Shown here in pieces: positions 1 through 11,310 of a stretch of 64,000 nucleotides of DNA. The notes beneath the pieces are model-generated. The model was not told the origin of the DNA and did not search any database. It was given only the letters and a program-made list of their open reading frames with translations. Source of the DNA: the human T2T-CHM13v2.0 reference genome, Homo sapiens; the NCBI RefSeq assembly GCF_009914755.1, contig NC_060932.1, one strand, 5' to 3'. Each line of letters begins with the position of its first letter. Position 1 is the first letter of the stretch. A program made the position numbers and the translations under genes.

Positions 1-335
1 GATTTTTAAAATAAAATTATTACAGGATTATAAGCGAATATTGTTTGACATAGTCACTAAAGCATACTATTAGAATGTTCATCATAAGGCTACTTGCTTC
101 ATGGACTAATGAAAGGACAGCACTGGCTACACACTCAACATGATTTTAGCAAATGAAAAACTAAATTATACATATGATGGTGATGTTTGCCTACGATTAA
201 GAAAAAATCATGCAACCTTTGTTTGATTCCCATGTTTAATTAACAAATATTCTGGCTGGCCTTCACTGTGGTGAGTATAATTCATCTTTCACCTTTACCA
301 TTATGCACCAGCTGTGAAGGGCTAAAGAGACTTAC

Positions 336-408
336 TTTCAAAGTCCAAGAAAAAATGTGCTGCATTGTGGTCTATGTCCCTGGTTAGCACCTTAATGAGA
401 TTACCCAT
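336..408 (-). CDS. CYRIB: Alternative first coding exon of CYRIB/FAM49B (exon 336-418; CDS 408->336), encoding [24 protein letters not shown] + 1 nt
   Basis: Minus strand reads ...ccatttttatttttag|GTTTGCTGGC ATG GGT AAT CTC ATT AAG GTG CTA ACC AGG GAC ATA GAC CAC AAT GCA GCA CAT TTT TTC TTG GAC TTT GAA A|gtaagt. It has a pyrimidine-rich acceptor, a consensus donor and a strong Kozak context (GGCATGG). The peptide matches the CYRI/FAM49 N-terminal pattern MGNL.KVLT...FFLDFE(NAQPT). Confidence 0.88.
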
Positions 409-2875
409 GCCAGCAAACCTAAAAATAAAAATGGCAACATCATTTAGTTCCAGTAAAAAATTTTAAGCAGAGGCCTGGGATTTGGCAAAGGCTGGCTTGC
501 TCATAATTATCAACAGGTGCAGGTTTATATGCTTTTGGCATTGAGAATTTGGAACAACAAAAGCACATTTGGCTCTGAGTTTATAGCTCCTGTCCCTCTT
601 TTCCACATATCAAAAAAGTTACATAAAGCAAGATGGGAAAAAAGATTAGATTTTGACATATAACTTGCAATATTTACATTTTATTACTATCTATGTTAGT
701 GTTACTCCTTTAAAATTTTTGAGGCATATATTTCTCAATTTAACAGCAAAACTAGATTTCTCAAATAAGTAACTATAGAAACCATTTTTTTAAATAATAG
801 GGATATTTTCCTTCTTGCAGAGTCAAATCCTATTGGGAACACAAAGAAGAAAGTATTCAAACCACATTTAACCATTAAAGCCTAAAGAAAGTTATCAATT
901 AATGACCCATCTAAAAAAACTTTACCACACATAAAATGTTTTTGATATCTTCTGTCTCCTAAGATTAATCAAACTTATTATTTAACTCTTAGACTGAATA
1001 ATCAACTATACACAACTATACCATGTATGGAACTTAAAAGTTAACACAGCAAACAGGGAGCCAGCAATTATCACAACTTAGTAGGTTTGCGGAGGACAAA
1101 AAGTGAAAATACGGCATTGGCATAAATGTTGCCCAAGATTTCCATAATGCAGTGAGGATGAAAGTGGGAAATGGGGTCAGAAACATCCAGGAAACCAGGT
1201 TCAAACCTGGAAGGTAGAGTAACAAAAGGGGAGGCAAACTATGGTATCACGGCTACCCACATCCTCCTCCCTCCAACTGCTGTACTTTTCCTCCAATTGC
1301 TATGTGTTTTTCTCCAAAGATCCCGTTGCTGGCAAATGTAAATAAGGCAAAACATAAAACAATATTTTTATTAAGAAAAAAGACAACTTGCCACTCACTC
1401 TCATTATAAGAAGCTTGAAAAAAGTTAGCACTTCCCGTCACCTGTGGCATCCCCCTCTTCCACCTACTCTCCAACATCAGCATATGTTTCTAACTGTAAG
1501 CTTCCCATGAGGAAATACAAATAGCTATTTGCTTTAGAGGTCAAAGTCTGATGTACGGAAACACAAATTTCTTATAAAATGTTAAAAGCAATCCAATTTA
1601 TTCATATATGGTAAGTACTGAATGGTTCTTCCCTTTTGAAACAATATTCCCCCAATGGGGGAGGTGGAGATCTATCTTCTTCTTATATTAACATTTCTAT
1701 TACACAGAATTTCAATGGTCTGATTTTGTACAATACTTTACACAAGTGGATTAGGTGACATTAAGCTAAGAGGGAAATATTTAATATTTTGACTTAATTA
1801 CTGTATACATTGTAAAACATTTAATAATACCAAGCTTTTATATTAAAGGAAAAGATAAACATTTTTCCTAAATCATCACACCCAAATAATTATCTCAAAT
1901 TGGTTACTAAAGTTCTTCAATAGATGTTGGAAGAAACCATTTGGAAATAGCATATTTCACAGCTTTAATTTTTAAAAGCTTTCCAACATATATGGAATGA
2001 CTGTATCCAAACATATATAAATTTTCTCACTAACAAGAACTGAGACCAAATACACAAAAAATTACCTAGTGGTATCAAAATTGCAACTACAGATGAAAAA
2101 TATATCATGAGAAAGGACTATAATTATTTTCAGTAGGAAAAAGGCAGCACACCATTTGGTTTTAGGAGTTTAATCTATGGAATCAAACCAGAAATTCGAC
2201 TCTAGCTTACTAGCTGTTTGACCTTAAGGATGGTAGTTAACCCTTTTGGGGACTCATTTCTTGATTGGTAAAACACAGGTAATTATAGTAAATATCTTAA
2301 ATTCCTATTATGAGGGTTAAATTAGATTAAGCACTGACTCAGTGTCTGGCACACAGAAAACATTTAATAAATATTGGCTGTTGCTGTAATTAAAACCTAA
2401 ATATCACAAAATAACCTTTTAAAAGTAATAATGGCTCTATTTCTTTTAACATAAACCTGAGTCCTTATCAACACATTCCAATGTTATAAATCAGAATGAA
2501 GCCCATATTTATCAAGAATATTGCTGAAATGTCCTAAAATTAGTTCTATTAACATCATCAGGTATGCATGGAGAAGAGGGAGATTAGGTTTCCTTACCTT
2601 TTTACGTGTATGCACACAGTCCAACCTTGGGGAAAATTTTGGAACTAGCCATGTACGTCTGCTCCATTTTCCTACAGCTCGTTCTGTAAACTTCTTCCTC
2701 TGTATATGGTTCTTCTTTCCAGGCACCCGAGGCTAATGTGATCCTCCCCTCCTCATACTTGGGAGTATGACCACTACCATCAGACTTGGTCCTGACCTAT
2801 TTGCTCTCATAAGGATTGAGAATTTCTTGCCTATTTATCCCATACACAAACACTTAGTTTGAAAATGGCTCAGTT

Positions 2876-3099
2876 GGCTGGGCGCAGTGGCTCACGCTTG
2901 TAATCCCAGCACTTTGGGATGCCAAGGTGGGTAGATCACAAGGTCAGGAGTTCGAGACCAGTCTGGCCAACACAGTGAAACCCCGTCTCTACTAAAGGAG
3001 GCGGCAGTTGTAGGGAGCCAAGATCACGCCACTGCACACTCCAGCCTAGGCAACAGAGCTAGACTCCCTCTCAAAAAAAAAAAAAAAAAAAAAAAAAAA
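2876..3099 (+). mobile_element. AluS with internal deletion
   Basis: Alu 5' end and poly(A) tail; jumps from ...ctactaaa to ggaggcgg...; near-identical TSD gaaaatggctcagtt / ggaattggctcagtt. Confidence 0.9.
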
Positions 3100-3123
3100 G
3101 GAATTGGCTCAGTTTATCTAACA

Positions 3124-3338
3124 CAGTGTTTCTCAGTCTCAGCACTACTAACATTTTGGGCTGAGGAGTTCTTTTGTTATTGGAGTCTGTCTCACATTGT
3201 AGGAAATACACCAACATCTTGGGCTTCAATCCACTAGATACTAGCAGCTACCCCCCATACAAGCTGTGACAATCAAAAATGTCTCTAGATACCGCCAAAT
3301 ATCTCCTGGGGGCAAAATCACCCGACTGAGAATCACTA
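3124..3338. mobile_element. MER20 (hAT-Charlie DNA transposon)
   Basis: cagtgtttctca...tgtgacaatcaaaaatgtctctaga...gggggcaaaatcacc...tgagaatcact matches recalled MER20. Confidence 0.75.
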
Positions 3339-3624
3339 CAACTGTTGTCCAGCGCAAAAATTCGCTCTACCACATAGCACACAGGACAGATGCTACATAG
3401 GCAGCTCATATCACAATGTCTCTTTGAACAAAAACTCATGGAAGTTTTCAAAGCTCTAAAAACAGTCCCATTATAACATTATCGGTTCTCCTATCCTTTA
3501 TAAGAATAAACAAAAAATTAAAACCATAACCCTATCTTGCTATATTTTAACCTGGCCAAAAACCAAACAAACAAACAAACAAAAAAAACCCCTGCTGTCC
3601 TCTCACTGTGACTGTTTTCAACTA

Positions 3625-3860
3625 ATATAACAGTGGTTAATCATCAGCTTAGGTGGGACCAGACTGCCTGGGTCTGAAACCCAGCTGTGCCACTTCCAAA
3701 CTTTGTGACTTCAGTCAAGTGTTTTTTAACTTCTCCATTCCTCAGTTTTCTCATGTGTAAAAGGTGCATATTAATAATATCCACCTCAGAGGGTTCCTAA
3801 AATCATTAAATGGGTTAATAAGCACCACATTTAGTGCCATACCTGGCAGTTTATTTACTA
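3625..3860 (+). mobile_element. MIR SINE
   Basis: Core ...ccagactgcctgggtctgaaacccagct...cctcagttttctcatgtgtaaaa. Confidence 0.7.
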
Positions 3861-4254
3861 TTACTGTTGCAGCTGTCAGAGCAACCTAACTAGGGGCTCT
3901 GTTCCCAGCAGCAGAACTTATGGAATGTGAGGCGTGGGCGGATGTGGCAGTCATACTTCCTGCCCTAGAGGATGGCAGTCTATCACAAGAGAATGAACCA
4001 ATATTACAGTGCAAGGTCTCAAAGAGTGTCCTGGAGTCATTAATTTCCTTCCATTCATTCCCGAGTTCCAGCTGTCACTTCTCTCAGTCCAGCTGCTTGA
4101 TTTTCCTCTGGTTTTAAGATACCCTAGTTTTTTTAAACTAATACCCCTTTAAGCTGTTGAGTTGGATTTCTGCCATCTAAAGGAGACTAGTAAGATTTCT
4201 AAGTTTCGGATGAATAAATACATTTGATATGAAAGATACCAAAGGATTTAAGAT

Positions 4255-4543
<289 letters not shown>

Positions 4544-5452
4544 GGATTTAAGATTTTAAAGCAGACCCAAAACACTATTGATATATTTTAGAGGTAACAA
4601 ATATTATCATTTAGAATAATAAACTAAGTCTTACTATCTGAATTTAGAAGGGAAAAGCTAAAGAATCTTCTTTCAAATTATTTTCTATCGTAATCCTTGG
4701 ATTTAAACTAAATATTGTATTTACTAAATAAGCTAAAAATAAATTTAACACAGATTTAATACACAGAAACCAGACATGGTTTACCTCAGGAGTTGTCCTA
4801 TTTCTGGTGGAATTTTTTTTACTATGAGCCCTTACATTAGACATTTGTTTCCACGTTGACAACTTATCTGGAAAGGAACACGCCCTTCCTGGCCGGTAGT
4901 CTGTGGAATGTATTTTTAAGCTAACAAAAGGCACTTAAATACATTAGACCATTTTCCCATAAAACATTTGAAAAGAAGTTTCCTTACAGAATAATAGCCA
5001 ATAGAAACAACTATACCCTACAATTACTATAATATTTCCTCTATCTTTCTAGAAGCTTCCTAAGAGATGCTGTTACTTCACTTACTTTTTCTCCTCAAGG
5101 TACTTTTTAATTTTGTCTCCTCTTCCTAGAATGCTAGTCCCAAAGATTTTCCCATGACTGGCTTCTTTCCATCCTTCAGGGCTCATCTTAAAAGGCATCT
5201 CTTTGAAGAGGCCTTTCTCTGCCAACCTTCTCAAAGGAGTTGCACCGGTTGCAACTTCTAGTGATAATCTTCTACCTACCTCTTCACTCAACTTATTTCT
5301 TAAGCATATTTATCACAATCTGAATTTCTCTTGTTTAGTGTCAGTTTTCCTCACATCCAGCTTATAAACGTATTAAAGACTTGTGACTGGCCAGTGAGAA
5401 GGAAGGGGAAGAAAGAAAAGTAACAAACACACTAACCAGCTTCACTTTAAAT

Positions 5453-5670
5453 CAGGGTTTCTTAAACTCAGCAATACTAACATTTGAACTGTACAATTCT
5501 TTGCTGTAGGGGACTGTCTAGTGCCTTGTAGGTTGTTTAGCAGTATTCTGGGCCTCTGCCCACTAGATACCCCTTATCACCTCTGCTCCCAGCTGTGACA
5601 ACCAATAACACCTCCAGACACTGTCAAATGTCCCCTAGGAGGCAAAACTGCCTGTTGTTGAAAGCTGCTG
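5453..5670. mobile_element. MER20, second copy
   Basis: cagggtttcttaaactcagca...gctgtgacaaccaataacacctccagacactgtcaaatgtcccctaggaggcaaaactgcc. Confidence 0.75.
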
Positions 5671-5689
5671 CTTTTAACATATGACCACC

Positions 5690-6970
5690 AACCTGAAGTG
5701 CAGCCTCAGTTTTGCTACCTCACTCAATCTCCTCTCCCACTTTCCCAGGTGATTATTCCACACATTAAAAAAAATTCTTACCTTTCTCATGATCTCTTAA
5801 AAAAAAAAGAAGAAGAAAACCACAAAAACCCAACAACCCATCCTCCATTCTCACTTGCAGGAAATGACCTCACTGTATCTTTCACACACAAAACACATAA
5901 GCATCTATCTTTTCTACCATCCTTTCTTCAGTAACCATACACCCACCCTCTGTACCTGTTTTCCTGAAGGACAACCTTTCTTCTGGGGCACTACTTCTCC
6001 TGCCTGCTTTTGTCTCCTCAAGGACTTCATGTGCCCTCTACTACAACATCATCTTTCCTGTCCTCTTTATAGCAAGACTTGTCAAATGAACTGTCTGTAG
6101 CTGTTTCTTTCCACCTTTCAAACTCCGATTCTTTCAACTCATTCCAGTTTGGCTTTTATGCCCACTACAATAAACCTGTGCCTGTCAAGGTCACCAAAAC
6201 TTGCATTTGGCTAAATCTAAAGGACAATTCTCACACTTCAACTTACTGAACTAGCAGCTCTTGACCCAGTTATCACCCACGCCTTCCTGAAAACACTTTC
6301 TTCAAAATTTGACATTCTGAACAATACATTATCTTGAGTTTCCTTCCTACTTCAGTTTTTCTTTTTCAGTACCCTTCTGTTTGGCATAAATACATTTATT
6401 TCTTCCATCTTAAAACATAAACAGAAATGTACCTTGATTCTATTTCCCTCACCAGCTCCCACCCTATTCCCTTGCTTCTCTTTGCAGCAAAATTCCTTAA
6501 AAGGAATAATCTAACACTCAGCATCTTTTGTTTCTCTCCTTTCGTTCTCTATTAAACCCACTGCAATGTGGCTTTTATCCCCATCCCACACCACCAAAAC
6601 TGCACTGGGAAGGCCATCAGGTAACTTCCACGTTGCTAATTCCAGTGTCAATACTCAGCCCTCACACCTTACCTTGCCTGCCAGGAGCATCTGCCCTGAC
6701 ACTCCCCTCATCCTCCTCAACACACTTTTATCATTAGCTTAAAGGGCAGCACGTCTCACCTCCCCCACTGCCACACCTCCCTACTTCTTGCTACCCTCAC
6801 TTCCTGCTAGGGTTGCTGGTCTCCCTGTTTCCAACCCAGCCTCCTCCTACAATCTCTTCCACATATAAGAGGCAAAGCACTCTTTTAAACATATAAATCA
6901 TCCTTTCTCTGCTCAAAGCCATGCAATGACTCACTAACACACTCAAAATAAAATCCAAATTCTTTACCAG
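5690..6970 (+). mobile_element. L2 LINE fragments (continuing at ~8380-8745 after the MaLR insertion)
   Basis: Pyrimidine-rich L2-type motifs (ctctgctcaaagcc...ataaaatccaaattctttacca); 3' end cttagaacaatgcctgg...attaagtatttgctgaa. Confidence 0.6.
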
Positions 6971-6972
6971 GT

Positions 6973-8376
6973 TGATATGATTTGAATTTGTGTCTCCGCC
7001 CAAATTCAATGACAAATCAAAGACAATGGGGAAAATGCCTTGAAGGCATCTCAGAGACCTTTGTGGCAGCCCCTCCCACCACAGACTCAGAGGCCAAGAG
7101 GGGAAGAATGGTTTCACAGGCCAGGCCCAGGGCCTGGCTGCCCTGGGGACACTGCTCCCTGCATCCCAGCCACTCCAGCTCCAGCCACGGCTAAAACAGT
7201 CCTAGATTATGTCTCAAGCTGCTGTTCAGGCAAGTAGAAGCCATAAGCCTTGGCAGCTTTGATGGGTGTTAGGCCTGCAGGTGTGCAGACAGCAAGAATT
7301 GTTGAGGCTTGGGAGTCTCTGCCTAGATTTCAGAGGATGTATGGACATGCCTGGATGTTCAGGCAGAAGGTACACTGCAGGGGCAGAGCCCTCATGGAGA
7401 ACCTCTACTAGGACAGTGCACTGGGGAAATGTAGGGTTGGAGTCCTCACTGAGGCACTGCCTAACATAGCTGCGAGAAGGGGGCCACCATGCTCCAGACC
7501 CCGGAATGGCAGATCCACCAACAGCTTGCACCATGCACCTGGAAAAGCCACACTCAATGCCAGCCCTTGAGAGCAGCCATGGGAGGTAAGCCCTGCAGAG
7601 CAAGAGGGGCAGAGCTGCAAAAGGCATTAGGAGCCCACCCCTTACATCAGTGTGGCCTGGATATGAGACAAGGAGTCAAAGGAGATTATTTTGGAGCTTT
7701 AAGATTGAACAACTGCCCTGCTAGGTTTCAGATGTGTATGAGGCTTAAAGCCCCTTTGTTTTGGCCTATTCTGCCCTTTTGGAAGGGGAGTATTTAAACA
7801 ATGCCTGTACCCTCATTGTATCTTGGAAGTAACTAACTTCATTTTGATTTTAAAGACTCATAGGTGGAAGGGACTTGTCTCATCTCAGGTGAGACTTTGG
7901 ACTGTGGACTTCTGAGTTAATGCTGAAATGAGTTAAGACTTGAGGGACTGCTGAGAAGGGCTGATTATATTTTGCAATGTGAGAAGGTCATGAGATTTGG
8001 GAGGGGCCAGGAACAGAATGATATGGTTTGAATTTGTGTCCCTGCCCAAATTTCATGAGTGTTGGAGAAGGAGCCTGCTGGGAGGAGACTGGATCATGGG
8101 AGTGGACTTCCCCCTTGCTGCTGTTGTGATAGTGAGTTCTCATGAGATCTGGTTCTTTTAAAGGGTGGGGCACTTCCCCATCTCTCTTCCTCCTGCTCTG
8201 GCCATGTAAGACGTGCCACCTTCCTCTTCGCCTTCCGCCATTCAAGGTTTCCTGAGACCTTCCCAGCCATGCTTCCTGTACAGCTTGCAGAACCATGAGT
8301 CAATCAAACCTCTTTTCTTTAGAAATTACCCAGTCTCAGGTAGTTCTTCATAGCAATGTGAGAACAGACTAAAACA
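6973..8376 (+). mobile_element. MaLR MST(A/B)-type element: 5' LTR stub, internal region and 3' LTR (8019-8376)
   Basis: TGATATG(A/G)TTTGAATTTGTGTC starts at both 6973 and 8019; ends ...acagactaaaaCA; 5-bp flanks caggt / gaggt. Confidence 0.85.
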
Positions 8377-8766
8377 GAGGTCCCACAAAATCTTACACAA
8401 TCTGCTCCGACACACTCTGGCCTCATCTTTCTTTACTCTCCACTGCACACATGCGCATCTAACCACAAAAGCCTGCTTGCAGTTTCTGCTGCTCAGTAAG
8501 GCCTCACCTCTTCAGAGAGAATCCTTGAGCTACCTACCCACCTATAAATGCCCCTTCCATCCTCCTCTCTATCCCCTTCCCAAACTGATGGTTCGTACCA
8601 TCTAACACACATTCCTGTTACTCTTATCTATTTACTCTGTCTTCCTCTGAGTAGGCAGGGGTTTTGTTTTGTACACTACTCTATCCTGAGCACTTAGAAC
8701 AATGCCTGGGATGTAGTTGGTATTCATTAAGTATTTGCTGAAAAAATACATGATTAAAAATAGAGA

Positions 8767-9065
8767 GGCCAGGTACAGTGGTTCATGCCTGTAATCCCAG
8801 CACTTTGGGAGGCCGAGGTGGGCGGATCACCTGAAGTCAGGAGTTTGAGACCAGCCTGGCCAACATGGTGAAACCCCATCTCTACTAAAAATACAAAAAT
8901 TAGCTGGGCAGGGTGGCAGGCGCCTGTAATCACAGCTACTCAGGAGGCTGAGGCAGGAGAACTGCTTGAAGTAGGAGGCAGAGGTTGCAGTGAGCCAAGA
9001 TCGCACCACTGCACTCCATGGGCAACAGAGCTAGACTTTGTCTCAAAATAAAAATAAAAATAAAA
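8767..9065 (+). mobile_element. AluSx-like
   Basis: Full dimeric Alu with A-rich tail. Confidence 0.9.
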
Positions 9066-10447
9066 TCCTAGGACCCTTAAGAATTATACTACATCCACTC
9101 TGCCTGTGCTCTCTAAATGGTACAACAAAGCCTAGATGACAGCATATCTGTTTACAGCATGGTGTACTCAATATTCTAAGCCCACCATTGAGCCCTATTC
9201 CTCAGAAAAAAAATATTCGTTTCAATAAATTACTGCTCACTGATAATGCACCTAGTCAATCAAGAACTCTAATGGAAATGTGTAAGGAGATTAACGCTGT
9301 TTTCATGCTGCTAACACAATATCCACTCTGCAGCTCATGGATCACAAAGTAATTCTGGCTCTTAAGTCTTATTATTTAAGAAATACATTTCTTAAAGCTA
9401 AACCTGTCATAGATATGGATTCTTCTGATGGATCTGAGAAAGTAAATTGAAAGCCTTCTGGAAAGGATTCACCATTCTGGATACCGTTAAGAACCTTTGT
9501 GATTCATGGGAAGGGGTCAAACATCAATAGGAGTTTGAAAGAAGTTGATTCTAACTCTCACAGATGACTGTGAGGGGGGTTCAAGACTTCAGTGGAGAAA
9601 TGGCAGATGTGGTGGAAATACCAAGAGAACTAGAGTAGAAGTTCATCTTAGAAGGGCCTTTAAGATGTGACTGAATAGCTGCAATCTTATGATAAAAACT
9701 TGAGTGGATGAGGAGTTGCTTCTTATGGATAATCAAAGAAAATGGTTTCTTTCCTTTTTTTTTTTTTCTTTTGAGACAGAGTTTCCACCTTGTCATCTTG
9801 GCTCACTGCAACCTCAGCTCTCGGGTTCAAGCAATTCTCGTGCCTCAACCTACTGAGTAGCTGAGACTACAGGCACAAGCCATCACAGCCAGCTGATTTT
9901 TTGTATTTTAGTAGAGATAGGGTTTCACCATAATGCCCAGGCTGGTCTCAAACTCCTGAGCTCAGGCAATCCACCCACCTCGGACTCCCAAAGTGCTAGG
10001 ATTACAGGCGCGAGCCATTACTCCCAGCCGAAAATGGTTTCTTGAGATGAAATCTACTCTGGTGAAGATGTTGTTTAGACTGTTAAAATGAGTATCACAT
10101 GAACACAGCTGATAAGCACTGGCAAGGTCTGAAAGTACTGCTTCCAATTTTGAAAGTTATACTGTGGGTGAAATGTTACCCAACAGTATCATATGCTACA
10201 GAGAAATCTTTCATGGAAGTGTCAACTGATGTGGCAAACTTCATTTTTGTCTTATTTTAAGAAATTGCACAGCCACCCAACCTTCAGCAACTACTACCTT
10301 GATCAGTCTGAAGCCATTAACATCCAGGCAAGACCCTCCACTAGCAAAAAGGTTAAGACCTGCTAAATGAAGGCTCAGATAAGTGTCAGCATTTTTATCA
10401 ATAAAGTATTTTTAAATTAAGGTATATACACTGTTTTTTAGACATAA
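9066..10447 (+). mobile_element. Tigger1 (TcMar) fragment, interrupted by an antisense Alu at ~9753-10029
   Basis: Tigger1-like text (aatcctaggacccttaagaattat..., gccacccaaccttcagcaactactaccttgatcagtc); Alu TSD gaaaatggtttctt. Confidence 0.8.
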
Positions 10448-10556
10448 ATCGTATCAATAATCTCAGTAACCCTTCTGAAAATATTCAAGGCACCACCCTC
10501 ATCAAATATTGCCCGAAGTCTGCTTATTGAACGGCTTCTAAGAAACTGTACCATCA

Positions 10557-10905
<349 letters not shown>

Positions 10906-10984
10906 GAAAGCAAGCAATGTCACCAAAAGGAAATGAAAAGGTGGGAAGAAGAAAAACAAAGGGATCTTTCAAGTCCTGTCATAA

Positions 10985-11310
10985 TTTCTTCCAGCAGTAA
11001 GACAGCTAGGGTTCCAAGCTCTAGCTTCTTGTGGAACTCCCAGCAGCAGTGCATTATCTGGCCCCCTTCAAAGGTCTGAGACTCCAGGCCTATGGGGTTC
11101 TTCCTTCAGGCTCCTAAATTCTCCCAAATCCATCTCTTCTCTTTTGTTCCCTCAGCCCTAAAAGTAATTGCTGCTTCTTGTGGTTTCTATTAATATCTAA
11201 GTTACCTCAGCAATCTCTTTTGGCTCAGGTTTCCAACACTTGTGAACTAAATACATATATTAAAATCCCTCGTTTTCTTTCTGCTTTCCTGGTTGGAATT
11301 TGACTGATAT
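10985..11310 (+). mobile_element. Old ERVL LTR fragment (LTR33-like)
   Basis: Ends ...ttaaaatccctc...tttcctggttggaatttgactgata, like the LTR33 3' end. Confidence 0.45.

Noticed and set aside
2484-2736. Overlapping ORFs and a strong minus-strand donor (AAG|gtaagg, ~2598)
   Set aside because: No convincing acceptor and no recognisable protein.
4785-4867. Exon-like 83-nt segment (ttcctttccag|...CTGAG|gtaaac), the same length as the start exon, with IPPEIGQL (LRR-like) in one frame
   Set aside because: No similarity to the CYRI N-terminus, and the LRR-like frame has a stop a few codons upstream. The length match is probably chance; at most a cryptic exon.
6797-8303. Cluster of overlapping ORFs
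   Set aside because: They lie in MaLR internal/LTR sequence or the adjacent L2.
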